Below, one piece after another: positions 39,091 to 49,663 of a stretch of DNA of 64,000 nucleotides. The number at the start of each line of letters is the position of its first letter. Within the stretch, counting starts at the first letter, position 1. The position numbers and the translations under genes are program-made. The notes under the pieces were generated by a model. The model was not told the DNA's origin. It saw only the letters and a list, made by a program, of their open reading frames with translations, and searched no databases. The stretch comes from Muricomes sp. (lineage in GTDB: Bacteria; Bacillota; Clostridia; Lachnospirales; Lachnospiraceae): positions 49,589 through 113,588 of the forward strand of contig JASGKW010000019.1 in the NCBI GenBank assembly GCA_049840515.1. Reading direction: 5' to 3'.

Positions 39091-39326
39091 TAATATCGGG
39101 CAAATGACAATTTTCACGTATAAGCTACGATTCTTTTTATCTTATTGATAAACATCATGTAACTTTTAGTTTTAAATTTCAACCCTAAAAGTTTCAGACA
39201 ATTTTTATTAATATATAATAATTTGTACCTCATTTTCAATTCAGTTAATACTACTAATACACTTTAAAGAGTGTGTATACAAAAGAATGGACAGAGACAT
39301 ATCCTCTGCCATCCTTCCGACACTTT

Positions 39327-41147
39327 CTAATATTTCACTAGACCATATCCATAAATATTGCCATATCCAATCGCATAGTTCCGTCTCTGACATCTATCAC
39401 CACTGTTTCCTTCAATGGTATAAACTACACCATCCTCACATTTCTCCACAATTCCCACATGGTCAATACTTCCATCATTCCCCCAATCAAAAAAGATAAT
39501 ATCTCCTCCTGCCGGAACATAGTTTCCATCCTGCCACTGCCCCTTTTGCTGGAACCATGACACACCATTCGAACAAAGAGCAAACTTTGGCATAATACCA
39601 GAATCAATATATCCACATTGCTGGGCACACCAGGACACAAAACATGCGCACCATTCCACACGACTGCCAAATCCATACCAACTCCAGTAGGGTTGTCCTC
39701 CTACGTTACCCTCCTGCGATAGTGCTATCTGCACAATGGCCTGATTGCCAACACTTGTAGGGATTCTACCAAAAACATAGTACCGGAGCACATGAGGAAC
39801 ATAGTGTTTATCCCCATATCCGCTCCAGCCCATGCGCTGAGCCATCATATCTGAAAACTCTGCCGCATTAACCGCTGTATATCCCCCATAGTTATTTTTT
39901 GCCCATGTGATATAACCGTTTCCAAAATTGTATCCCTGCAAAGCCAGCTTAATCTGGTCCATATCCAGCGGATTTTCAACATCAGCACTCTCCAAACAGC
40001 TCTTTAACACCTGCACTCCACATTGAATGGAATATTCCGGTTCTGTGATACCATTTGGCTGGCGTGGAAAGCGGGTATTAAAGGAACTTTCTGCACTCTG
40101 CATGGGGTCACTCCCCCACCCTCCACTCTCCTGCATCATCACCGCCTTAATCAATTCCACATATTCTCCAACACCATATTGTTTTGCATACTGCCGGATT
40201 ACTGGCTCATAGGCATTTACTTCTTCACTGACCGGAGTAACTGTACGGGAATTTCCACCCCCTGTGATACAAAGGATTCCACCAAACAAAACGATAAGAA
40301 TTAGAATCAGGACTGACATCCAACCTCCTGCAGCTATGGCAGTCACCAGTGTTTTGGTTGCAGCTATGATAGCTTTCACTGCCGATGATGTAGTTTTCAC
40401 GGCTGCTTTTACCGCCTGCTCCGCTGCTTTTTCCGCAATTCGTGCTACTTTTATGGCTCTTTGGGCTGTTCTGGTGGATACTCTTGCTGCTACCTGTGCG
40501 GCTTTCGCCGCCTCATGTGTTGTCTTAATCGTCGTATGCGCTGTCCGCTCTGCCGTCTTTACAGATTTCCCGGAACATTTGACCATACCTTTCCCAGCGT
40601 TCTTTACAGTCCGTTCCATTTTTCCAGCCGTTTTTATAGTTTTTTCTCCCCGCTCCAACGTCTTAACTGCCTGTTCGGAAACTTTCCTGACCTCTGATAC
40701 ACGATGTCCTGTAGTTTTTTTCTGTGACAGTGCCTGTCCTCTTTTCCATATCTGATCTTTGGTCTGGTGAGAAGTATTTTCCCTGCCTGCAAAGGAAGGT
40801 GGCAGGGAAGAATCCCCTCCAATATCAACGTGGCTTTCCTGAATGGCCTGTTTCATATTTCTTGTTTCTTTGGCAACCTGATACTTTTCCTTTGCCGCAT
40901 AGACACCCCGTTTTCCTAGCTTACCAAGCTGCCGGACAGCAGTATACCTGGCAGAGTCTATGGTATGCATCACCTTTTCCCCCGCATAGCCTTCAGGGGT
41001 ACTTTGTTCCTGGGTCTGGGGCTGTGTTTTTTCTGCAGTATCTTTTGTCCTTACAAAAGCATGTTTCATGTGGTCTGTAACGGTTATGGTCTTATCCAAT
41101 GCCTTGATGTCCTTATAGATTCTACGTGTCTTAATCTCCCTGACCAT
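39327..41147 (-). CDS. Conjugation-associated peptidoglycan hydrolase (lysozyme-like/transglycosylase + CHAP domains)
   Basis: 606-aa ORF with a TM segment, the lysozyme-like motif AVMMQESGGWGSDPMQSAES and a C-terminal CHAP domain (WCACFVSWCA...DHVGIV). Confidence 0.8.
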   Translation of the reverse strand: MVREIKTRRIYKDIKALDKTITVTDHMKHAFVRTKDTAEKTQPQTQEQSTPEGYAGEKVMHTIDSARYTAVRQLGKLGKRGVYAAKEKYQVAKETRNMKQAIQESHVDIGGDSSLPPSFAGRENTSHQTKDQIWKRGQALSQKKTTGHRVSEVRKVSEQAVKTLERGEKTIKTAGKMERTVKNAGKGMVKCSGKSVKTAERTAHTTIKTTHEAAKAAQVAARVSTRTAQRAIKVARIAEKAAEQAVKAAVKTTSSAVKAIIAATKTLVTAIAAGGWMSVLILILIVLFGGILCITGGGNSRTVTPVSEEVNAYEPVIRQYAKQYGVGEYVELIKAVMMQESGGWGSDPMQSAESSFNTRFPRQPNGITEPEYSIQCGVQVLKSCLESADVENPLDMDQIKLALQGYNFGNGYITWAKNNYGGYTAVNAAEFSDMMAQRMGWSGYGDKHYVPHVLRYYVFGRIPTSVGNQAIVQIALSQEGNVGGQPYWSWYGFGSRVEWCACFVSWCAQQCGYIDSGIMPKFALCSNGVSWFQQKGQWQDGNYVPAGGDIIFFDWGNDGSIDHVGIVEKCEDGVVYTIEGNSGDRCQRRNYAIGYGNIYGYGLVKY

Positions 41148-41181
41148 TGCTGAGCCTCCTTTCCCATATTCAGAACATCAT

Positions 41182-41946
41182 TTATTCCACAACCTTTTTT
41201 GCCACTACAACAAGCCGCCCATTGGGATTGGAGTATTCACAGGTGGATAAAGTCAATAACTTATCCCCATATGTGGCAGTGACACCAGTATCATACAGGG
41301 AAAGGGGCTTGCACCCCTCCACATATTTCTGATAGTCTTCTGCCGTTTCTGCATTAGCAAATAGATAATACTTAAATCCAGTATCGTCATATACCGTAGT
41401 CTTAAATACCGCAATCACTTCATAGCTCACCTGTTCTGTCAGAGTATCAAACTGAATGATTTTGTGGTCCTCATAAAACTTCTCCGTCTCATATTCCATC
41501 AGTCCTGCAAACATGGAGCCATCGTTCATGTGATGTCCATAAATAATCACATTATCACTGGGTTTGTAAGGGTCACAATGTTCAGCAATATAGGGAACTC
41601 CATAATCACTGTATTCCCCCTCAAAGTTATGCTTTAGGTAATAATCTGGATTATTGGGCGTATACATGACCGGAAAATTAATTTGCGTTCCCTCAACCAA
41701 AATCCATCCGGCTAAATCTTGATTCTTCCGAAATAATTCCCTGTACTTTTCAAGGGGAGACTGGTTTTCTGTTTCCTCGGTTTCCTTTTTCTCTGGCTCA
41801 TCTGCCTGCTCCACTGTTTCAGCTAACTGCTTAAATTCGTCTTTTGCTTTTTTCTCTCCTGCATAATTACCAATAACTTGATATATGGAACACACAAACA
41901 GCAAAAAACTAAGGGCAAGGCCCACCATATAGATTTTTTTCTTCAT
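41182..41946 (-). CDS. srtB: Class B sortase
   Basis: N-terminal TM helix, then the YGHHMNDGSMF and LSTCEY catalytic His/Cys motifs. The SD GGAGGA lies 7 nt before the ATG at 41946; the ORF is open to 41988. Confidence 0.8.
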   Translation of the reverse strand: MKKKIYMVGLALSFLLFVCSIYQVIGNYAGEKKAKDEFKQLAETVEQADEPEKKETEETENQSPLEKYRELFRKNQDLAGWILVEGTQINFPVMYTPNNPDYYLKHNFEGEYSDYGVPYIAEHCDPYKPSDNVIIYGHHMNDGSMFAGLMEYETEKFYEDHKIIQFDTLTEQVSYEVIAVFKTTVYDDTGFKYYLFANAETAEDYQKYVEGCKPLSLYDTGVTATYGDKLLTLSTCEYSNPNGRLVVVAKKVVE

Positions 41947-42035
41947 ACTCTTATCCTCCATCATTTCCGGCTCATGCATCATAAACACATGAAACTAATT
42001 CATAAAAAAATAGGCTTGCTGCCTATTCTTACACG

Positions 42036-42812
42036 TTATCTTTCCTGTTGTTTTACAGGTGGCTGAAGTGCCTTACCTACTGACTTTTCACTCTTAATCT
42101 GTTTCAACACATCTTTGACCGAGTCTTTTTTTGTTTCCCGGTCTATAAAAAGTTCCATTCGTTTCAAAGCTTTTTCTGTTTTTTCTTCCATGCCAGAAAG
42201 CTGTCTGCCACAGGACCGACAAAGGCTCTGCATTTTCAGCAGTATTCCTTTATCAGACTGTCTCTCTGACAGCTCCTGCTGTTTTCTTCCAGTGAATACC
42301 CTGACAATATTTTTTGTATGCTCACCAATGCAATGAAACTCCCCTCTAAGCATTTCTAATTTAGCCCCTTCTTTTTCCATAAATCTTGCACCGTTGGAAA
42401 ACGTCTCTTTTAAATAAGCCAGTACAGCAGGGATTTTCATGGCAGATATCGCCTGTTTCAATGCATCCTTCCCTTTTTCTTTCATAGTCGTAACTGCATC
42501 TTTGCTTAAATAAAGAAAATTTGTTTTTACTGCCTTTATCGTACCTCCTAATTCCTGAAATTTAACATCTACTTGTTTTACAATATCAGCCGCACTGGAC
42601 TCCACTTCTTTATCCTGTATGAGAGCCAAATGCCCTTTTATTTCCTGTAATTCTTCCACTACCTGATTAAACCGATAATCCAGGCTCTCTAAATAATCTA
42701 ATAACAATTCCACTTTTTTCAGTTCTTCTGTCAGGCCATTTCCTTCTAGTGCCTGAACTAAATGGAGCATTTCCGACTGCTCCCGCAACACCGCCTGCCT
42801 TGCTGTCTCCAT
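42036..42812 (-). CDS. Hypothetical coiled-coil protein of the transfer module
   Basis: 258-aa ORF with heptad-rich sequence. I did not recognise a family. Confidence 0.45.
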   Translation of the reverse strand: METARQAVLREQSEMLHLVQALEGNGLTEELKKVELLLDYLESLDYRFNQVVEELQEIKGHLALIQDKEVESSAADIVKQVDVKFQELGGTIKAVKTNFLYLSKDAVTTMKEKGKDALKQAISAMKIPAVLAYLKETFSNGARFMEKEGAKLEMLRGEFHCIGEHTKNIVRVFTGRKQQELSERQSDKGILLKMQSLCRSCGRQLSGMEEKTEKALKRMELFIDRETKKDSVKDVLKQIKSEKSVGKALQPPVKQQER

Positions 42813-43105
42813 ATCCTCACTCCTCCTATCATCCTATTTCTATTGGTGAACTTCTTATAGAAACTGTATCCCGGCAATACCCCTGATATTTCATTCTAAT
42901 AACCTCTAAAAAATAAAGCGCATATCCACAATCAAACAATTTCATAAGGAGTGGATAATTTCTCATGATTCTGCTCTGCATACTCGTTCCAAAGATCGAA
43001 GGCAAGTCTGGTCATCCGGGCACTGCCTCCCTTCTTCCATTTCATACCTCCATCAAAATAGGCAGCCACCAATGGAATACTCCACTGGCGGTCTGCCTGT
43101 ATTTC

Positions 43106-45475
43106 TTATCGACTCCGATTTACACTATCCTCTCCCGGCTTGGTTGTCATCAGCTTGTACAACTGTGTATTTCTTGGAAATTTATTGATAAATGGCACAA
43201 GGGAACTACCATATTTAATCAATCCACACCCTGCATCTGCATTGGTGATATAACTCATCTGCTCATTGGAAATATTCAAAAGGTCTGCCAGTTTTTGTCG
43301 GTCAGATGCTGCCTGATTCAGCATAACAATATATTCACTGTTAGATAGCATAGTGCTGGCAAGTACAGAATCCAGAAGGTACTCCACATTCTGTGTGATA
43401 GCATTAGGAAATGCATTTCTTTTTCGGAACCTGCGCCACGCTGAATTAAAGAAAGCCCCTGAAAATTCATTTTCGAATACCACATGAAATTCATCCAAAA
43501 ATAAATGAGTGCGCTTTCCTTTCCTCCAGTTCTCCGTTACACGGTTGAGCATGGCATCTGTAATTACTAACAAGCCCATTGTTTTTAACTGTTTTCCCAA
43601 ATCCATAATGTCATATACCACCATACGGCTGTTGATATCCACGTTACTCTCATGGGCAAAAGCATCCAGGCTGCCACTGGTAAATAGTTCAAGAGCAAGA
43701 GCCAAATCTTTAGCCTCCTTCTCCGGCTGTTCCAACATTTTTTCACGCAAAATACATAACGTCGGCACTGCGCCTCCTCTCTGATAGTCTTCATAGACAG
43801 CGGCGGTACAGCGGTCAATCAAGGACTTTTCCTTTGCAGTCACACCTTTTTTATCCAACTGCTCAAACAGGGATAACACAAATTCGGATTTTTCAATCAC
43901 TGGATTGCCTCCATCACCATAGCCCTCCACCATGTCCATTGCATTGATATGGTCATGACTTCCAGCAGCAATGCGGATGACCTCACCACCCATTGCCTCA
44001 ATTAAAGAGGCATATTCCCGCTCAGGATCACAAATCAAGATATCATCCCCGGTAGCAAGAGCCAGAAAAACAATCAGCATTTTTGCACTGAAACTCTTGC
44101 CACTTCCCGGAACTCCCAGCAGAAAAGAATTGGGATTGAGCAGGTTCGCTTTGTTACACATAATCAAGTTATGGGAAATGGCATTTTCTCCGCAATAAAT
44201 TCCTCCTTCATCCATAATCTCCTGTACCCTAAAAGGCATTAATACCGCAAGGCTTTCCGTAGTCAGTGTCCGTATCGCATTGATTTTCCGATGTCCTATA
44301 GGAAGTGCAGTGTTCAATCCATCCATCTGTTGGTATTTTAATGTGGCAAACTGGCACAAGTGCTTTCTTGCCGTAGTCAGCAGAGCATCCGTGTCTGCGT
44401 TCAACTGTTCCAACGTATCTGCGGTATGGACCAGTGTCAACACTGCAAACATCATCCGCTGGTCCCGTGTAGTCAGATCATCCAAAAATTCTTTACTTTC
44501 TTTTCTCTGCTGTTCCATATCGTAGGGCACCATTGCACTGTAATTATTGTTAGCATTTTGCCTGCGCTGCCAGTTTGTGATATTGGTTTCCACACCTAGC
44601 AATCGGTTCTCCACTTCCCGCACCGCTTCATCTGTAGGAACTGGGATGATATCAATGCTCATCATCAGATTACGGTTCAAATCCGTTAATTCTGCAACCA
44701 TACTGTCCTTGATATAAGAGGCATACTCCTTGAGAAACAGCACCCGTCCATAACGATTTCCCATCACAAAGTGGTCTTTTTCAAATTCCAAACTGTCCGG
44801 ACAGATAAAATCTTTAAAACTATGACCTTTCTTCATCGTTTCCTTTAAATCAAAAGTAAAGCCTGTCTCCTCTCCCACACGGTAAAAATCATGCAATGTC
44901 CGTAACTTATCTGTTGCATCCAGTTCCACACATTTTGACCCCAATCGTGAAAAATGAGACATTAAGTCCACGCTGACACGAGAGAAGTAAGTCCTGGCCT
45001 CCTCAATGGATTTCTTATACACAGATACAGTCACATACTTTTCCTGTACCATGCTGTTTGCTCCGGTAGCTTTTTCTAACAACATGGTATTGTACTCTTT
45101 TCGGTATAAGTCCAGTACATCCTCCCGCATGGGAATTAAAATGGACTGCTCAAAATCTTGTCTGTTTAAACGACGGTTATGAATAGTAATCTTTGTAGTC
45201 GCACCACTGTCAAAAGAATTTAATAATTCGCTGTACTCCAAAAACATAGCCTCTTTATCTTCCCTGCTTGCCACTGCATAATTAATATCCATAAATTTAT
45301 AGGTTTGAGCAAACTTATTCCTTCCCACCTGAAAAATCCCATCTGCCCAGATAGCCTGAATGGGAATGGCCTGCTGTACACTTTTTGGCACAACAAACTT
45401 CTCCCTGTCCTGCCTGAAAATAGTTGTCAATGTCCTAATCATTCCGCTTTCTCTCCTCTTTTTCATGATTCTCAA
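43106..45475 (-). CDS. virB4: VirB4-family conjugative T4SS ATPase (TcpF/Orf16-like)
   Basis: 789-aa ORF with Walker A GVPGSGKSFSAK and Walker B-like HLFLDEFH. Confidence 0.85.
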   Translation of the reverse strand: MRIMKKRRESGMIRTLTTIFRQDREKFVVPKSVQQAIPIQAIWADGIFQVGRNKFAQTYKFMDINYAVASREDKEAMFLEYSELLNSFDSGATTKITIHNRRLNRQDFEQSILIPMREDVLDLYRKEYNTMLLEKATGANSMVQEKYVTVSVYKKSIEEARTYFSRVSVDLMSHFSRLGSKCVELDATDKLRTLHDFYRVGEETGFTFDLKETMKKGHSFKDFICPDSLEFEKDHFVMGNRYGRVLFLKEYASYIKDSMVAELTDLNRNLMMSIDIIPVPTDEAVREVENRLLGVETNITNWQRRQNANNNYSAMVPYDMEQQRKESKEFLDDLTTRDQRMMFAVLTLVHTADTLEQLNADTDALLTTARKHLCQFATLKYQQMDGLNTALPIGHRKINAIRTLTTESLAVLMPFRVQEIMDEGGIYCGENAISHNLIMCNKANLLNPNSFLLGVPGSGKSFSAKMLIVFLALATGDDILICDPEREYASLIEAMGGEVIRIAAGSHDHINAMDMVEGYGDGGNPVIEKSEFVLSLFEQLDKKGVTAKEKSLIDRCTAAVYEDYQRGGAVPTLCILREKMLEQPEKEAKDLALALELFTSGSLDAFAHESNVDINSRMVVYDIMDLGKQLKTMGLLVITDAMLNRVTENWRKGKRTHLFLDEFHVVFENEFSGAFFNSAWRRFRKRNAFPNAITQNVEYLLDSVLASTMLSNSEYIVMLNQAASDRQKLADLLNISNEQMSYITNADAGCGLIKYGSSLVPFINKFPRNTQLYKLMTTKPGEDSVNRSR

Positions 45476-45849
45476 TACAAATTTTCAAAGTTTCATAGTA
45501 CATATTTTTCGGTTGGAAAATCAGACGTTTTGGTAATAAAAACTCTGACTTGATAAACGCCCACAAAAACTGTTCCGCATTCATCCCGTGATAACGGATA
45601 AAACCGATAGCTGCAAAGGGAGCTGCACCTAACACACACATCCAACTCACTGTTTCCACTCCCACATAAGCGCGGAGCAAAAAAATAAAGCCCGACGGCT
45701 ACACCGCAGGCTAAGATCGAACACAAGAACTGTCGTAATGACAGTCCAAAAAACATGGATTCCGTATAATTCCGGATTTCCCGATTAATTTTAACTTCCA
45801 AGTCAAATAACCTCCTGTTTCTAAAATTTTTATCATCGCACATTTGCAT
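45435..45849 (-). pseudogene. PrgI/TcpE-family conjugal transfer membrane protein, frameshifted in an A7/T7 run
   Basis: ORFs 45493-45849 and 45435-45680 join as ...FGLSLRQFLCSILACGVAVGLYFF / LRAYVGVETVSWMCVLGAAPFAAIGFIRYHGMNAEQFLWAFIKSEF... The homopolymer lies at 45679-45685. Confidence 0.6.
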
Positions 45850-45900
45850 TTTCTAAATCTGCTGTTATACTAAAAGGAAAAACATAAAGGGGGAAATTTT

Positions 45901-46281
45901 ATGCCATATACATTGATGATTTCATTGGGTGTTACCGCTGTCCTTTTACTCTTGTCTTTTATTTTTAGAATTGCCGGAAAGCTCCGGCTGACTCTGCCAA
46001 TTCTATACTTCCTTTTGACCGCAACTGTTTTGAACCGTTGGGCCGCTGCCCATGAACAATTGGCGCTTGGAATACTTTTTGTTCTGGTTGCCCTCTCCGT
46101 CATAAGCTGGCTGTTTTCCTTGCGTTCCTATCTTCAGGAACGGCGATATTACAAAGCCATGAACGATGATATAAGCTGGCAGATTCAAAGAGCCAAACAA
46201 CGTGGCATCCCCCTAAATCAAGTACATTTTGACAGTCAGGGAAATATGCGGTACAACAATACAGGTGATATTGTGGAATAG
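45901..46281 (+). CDS. Small membrane protein on the opposite strand within the T4SS module
   Basis: 126-aa ORF with about 3 TM helices and a soluble tail. The SD is GGGGGA, and the gene has its own terminator at 46281-46301. Confidence 0.5.
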   Translation: MPYTLMISLGVTAVLLLLSFIFRIAGKLRLTLPILYFLLTATVLNRWAAAHEQLALGILFVLVALSVISWLFSLRSYLQERRYYKAMNDDISWQIQRAKQRGIPLNQVHFDSQGNMRYNNTGDIVE

Positions 46282-46301
46282 GACACTTCGGTGTCCTTTT
46301 T
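46281..46301 (+). terminator. Intrinsic terminator of the plus-strand membrane protein gene
   Basis: GGACAC-ttcg-GTGTCC followed by TTTTT. Confidence 0.55.
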
Positions 46302-47136
46302 ATAATCCCATCATTTCTCGAACCACCCGGTCCGCCATCTTCACTGCCCCTACCAGAACCAGCATATTAAAAATCAACTCTCCGATATAGCTCCACACCA
46401 TTGTCACTGCTGCTGCATCTGCCTCTACCACGGGCGGGGATGCCGCAAACAGGGAGAATATGATACATGCCAATACAATAATGGCTCCCTCAAGACATGC
46501 CGCTGCATAAGATTTTAGGAAACTTTTTCCTACATTTTGAGACGGCTCCCCAGCAAAGGTAGACAATGGAATCGGTGCAATGGCAGTATATAGATACAAT
46601 CGAAAGAACCGCCCATACACACTCATAATCATAATAAAAGATAATACTGTGATGAACAGACTCCCAATCAGCGTGACTGCCCATAACGGAATACTCTCAA
46701 AAAATCCACAGTCTTCTACCGCTCCCACAATCTCATCCGGCAATATTGCCTGCTGTGTATTTCCAAAGCCGGCCACATTCATAATGGTCCGTATCACCCC
46801 CTGCACGATATCAAATAAAGCCATCATCAGTTCCAAACCATAGGTAATCACACCTTTTGCCAAAGCAAAACGGATAAATATCTTTACAGCATGTTCCGGT
46901 TTCTTCACTTCTGCAAAACTTCCACAAGTTTTTACCACACCAATCACAAAAAACAGCACTAACAATGCATATCCAATAGCCTGCAGACCTCCGTGGATGG
47001 CTACAATGGCATTCCATATGCCACCACCTTTAAAGTGTTCCGGTGACTGTGTGAGAATTTGCCAGATTTCCGCCAGTTTCTCATTCCATGTGTTTAAAGC
47101 ATTGGTTAAATTTTGTACAACCCAGTTATCTGACAC
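46300..47136 (-). CDS. Polytopic conjugal transfer membrane protein (VirB6/TrbL-like)
   Basis: 278-aa ORF with multiple TM helices. It sits between the Maff2 and PrgI/VirB4 genes, as in Firmicutes ICEs. Confidence 0.5.
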   Translation of the reverse strand: MSDNWVVQNLTNALNTWNEKLAEIWQILTQSPEHFKGGGIWNAIVAIHGGLQAIGYALLVLFFVIGVVKTCGSFAEVKKPEHAVKIFIRFALAKGVITYGLELMMALFDIVQGVIRTIMNVAGFGNTQQAILPDEIVGAVEDCGFFESIPLWAVTLIGSLFITVLSFIMIMSVYGRFFRLYLYTAIAPIPLSTFAGEPSQNVGKSFLKSYAAACLEGAIIVLACIIFSLFAASPPVVEADAAAVTMVWSYIGELIFNMLVLVGAVKMADRVVREMMGL

Positions 47137-47211
47137 GATTACTTACACCTCTTTTCCAGCAAGGCAGGCTTTTTTCCTGCCTGCCACATTGTTTTGTGTT
47201 TTTTCCATCCA

Positions 47212-47559
47212 TCATCCTGCAATCAGGGTCAAAATCTCTTTTGCAAAAGTAATCACCACGCCTCCGGCTAATGTGAGGAAACCGTTGGCTCGCTGACTGG
47301 GATCGTGGGATTTTAAGGATAGTCCTATCTGCACAATTCCAAATCCAAGAAGAATCATACCAATGGCACTAATCAGACCGAAAATAAAGGTGGACAGATT
47401 GTTTACAACAGTCAGCGGGTCATTGGATGCCAATGCCGTCCCTCCGCCACAGGTCAAAGCAAGCACCAGTATCATATAGGCCGCCATCCATTTGCTCACT
47501 CTCTTTGGCCGAAATATCTTTTTTGTTTTCTTTTCTGTTTCCTTCTTTTTACACATCAT
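47212..47559 (-). CDS. Maff2-family small membrane protein
   Basis: 115-aa ORF with two TM helices flanking the GIVQIGLSLKSHDPSQRANGFLTLAGGVV pattern that I recall for Maff2. Confidence 0.55.
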   Translation of the reverse strand: MMCKKKETEKKTKKIFRPKRVSKWMAAYMILVLALTCGGGTALASNDPLTVVNNLSTFIFGLISAIGMILLGFGIVQIGLSLKSHDPSQRANGFLTLAGGVVITFAKEILTLIAG

Positions 47560-47571
47560 TTCATAGTCTCC

Positions 47572-49391
47572 TTATTCTGTTTGCTCTAAGAGAGAATTTT
47601 TTCCCTCAGAAAAAATAGTTTCCAGTTCTTCATCTGACAGAAGTTCATAGTTCTTTCCGTCTTCTAGTTCCTGTGTGATTTCTCCATCCAAACTGTCAGC
47701 AAGAGAAATGTTGGCCACCGCCTGTGTTACTTCACCATGACGGTATGGCTCTCCTTTTCCATCTGTGGTCAGTACCACGTTTGGATGTTTTAGGATGTCA
47801 AATTTTTCATCCATGACAGGGCGTTCTCCCCGAATAAAAAGAAGTGCGTACCGATTATCCAGCATACGCACCTCATCCGGCGTTAAAAGTTCCCGCCCCG
47901 ATATTTGATAATTTGTAGAATAGTTCCCAGAATGTCCCGTGGACTTTCCATAAGTGTTCATGTCAATGGTAGATTTCCCAAGCAACTCACTCACATATTT
48001 ATGTGTTCCCTGCTCATTTCCACCAAGATACAAAAATTCATCACAATTGCCCACAATGCTCTCCCATTGTTTTTCAAATAATGCCTTTAACTGTGCCAGA
48101 TTTTGCAGAATGATGGATACGCTGACCTCCCTCGACCTCATAACAGAAAGGATTTTATCAAAATCATCCGGCAGTGAAACATTCGCAAATTCATCCATCA
48201 GAAAGTGTACATGAACAGGCAGCCTCCCCCCATATTTATGGTCAGCAAGATAAAATAGCTGTTGGAACAACTGTGTATATAAAATAGATACCAAGAAGTT
48301 GTAGCTGGTATCGTTGTCCGGTATCAGTGCAAACAATGCCACTTTTTCCTCACCCAAAGAGGGCACTCCAAATCATCTGTAGCAGTCAGTGCTGCAAGAC
48401 TTGATAAGTTAAATTTCTCCAGCCTCGCCGCCAGTGTAATCTGAATGGATTTCAGCGTTTTAGCACTGCCGGAATGGTAATCCTTATAATACTTTACTGC
48501 AATATGCTCCGGTTCCCGCATTTCCAGACGCTCAAACAGCTCATCAAGAGGTGACTGGTATTCATCACTGTCCTCCCGGACTTCACCTGCCCTTAGAAGT
48601 TCCATGACCATTGGGAAATTCTGTTCCTCTTTTGGTGCCTCATATTTTAGATAGAAAATCAATGCCAGCAATAACATGGAGGCTGCAGTATCCCAAAATG
48701 GATCGTTGCTCTGACTTCCCTTTGGTGTGGTTGCTTTAAACAGGTTCGTCACAAGCCTCTGAACATCGTTATCATCTTTCAGATAAACAAAGGGATTATA
48801 GCAATGGCTCTTTTCCATGTTGATTAAATCAAGCACTCGCACCTTGTACCCCTTTGATTCCAGCAGGTGCCCTGTGTCCCTCAGATTCTCTCCTTTTGGG
48901 TCAAGGACCACAAAGGAAGTATTTGCCTGGATTAAATTTACTTTTCCATAAAAACGTGTTTTTCCAGAGCCTGCCCCTCCAATCACTAAGGTAAGGACAT
49001 TCCTGCGGTGTTTCCGCATATCGTAACTAATCCGTACATTTTGGGTCATAATCTTATTATCTTCAAATTTCTTTGCACTGTACTTTTTATTGACTGCCTT
49101 TGCATCTCCCCATTTGGCAGACCCGTGTTCCTCACCTTTACGGTAATTCCTTTTAGTAGACACATAAATACCAATCCCCATACCATAGGCAAGCAGAAAA
49201 ATAAGGACAGTTTTTACGCTGTCCTTACAGAACTCCATAGAAAAAGGGTGGTTCATTTCCTCTGAAAGTCCATTTATGATAGAGAACAGACCCCCCGATA
49301 AATAGGGAGCAGTCAGCAGGGCAAACCAGATAACTGGAAGAATGCCACAAGCAGTAAATGCCCATGTTGTCTTCCTGTCATCGTTCTTCAT
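47572..49391 (-). pseudogene. traG: Type IV coupling protein (VirD4/TraG-like), split by a 1-nt frameshift
   Basis: ORFs 48324-49442 (two TM helices, Walker A GGAGSGKT) and 47572-48366 (HFLMDEFAN Walker B region) join at ...LTATDDLE / PSLGEEKVALFALIPD, near 48361-48368. Confidence 0.85.
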
Positions 49392-49581
49392 GATATTTAT
49401 GCCCCCTTTTCCCTTTCTCTGCTGGAACCTCCATCCGGGCAATCACCTTTAACAGTACATCATCCACTGCATCCGTGGCTTTACCTTCCTGAATCATCTG
49501 ATTGCGTTTATCATTTAAAGAATGAAAAATCACGCCGCTCTCATATTGGTCCAGTTCCAGAGTAATTTTTGTATCGCCCAA
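49378..49581 (-). CDS. Small hypothetical protein upstream of the coupling protein
   Basis: 67-aa ORF with a TTG start preceded by the SD AGGAGGTG at 6 nt. Confidence 0.45.
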   Translation of the reverse strand: MGDTKITLELDQYESGVIFHSLNDKRNQMIQEGKATDAVDDVLLKVIARMEVPAEKGKRGHKYHEER

Positions 49582-49663
49582 AACTTACACCTCCTATTGC
49601 TCCATTTCTTTGTCCTTCGCTTGAAACTTTCGGACTGCCCTATCTTCTTTTGGATTAAGCAGG

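Noticed and set aside
42932-43045. 37-aa ORF (MKWKKGGSARMTRLAFDLWNEYAEQNHEKLSTPYEIV) in the 293-nt gap after virB4.
   Set aside because: The SD (GGAGG) directly abuts the ATG, which is poor spacing. No family was recognised. It cannot be supported without conservation data.
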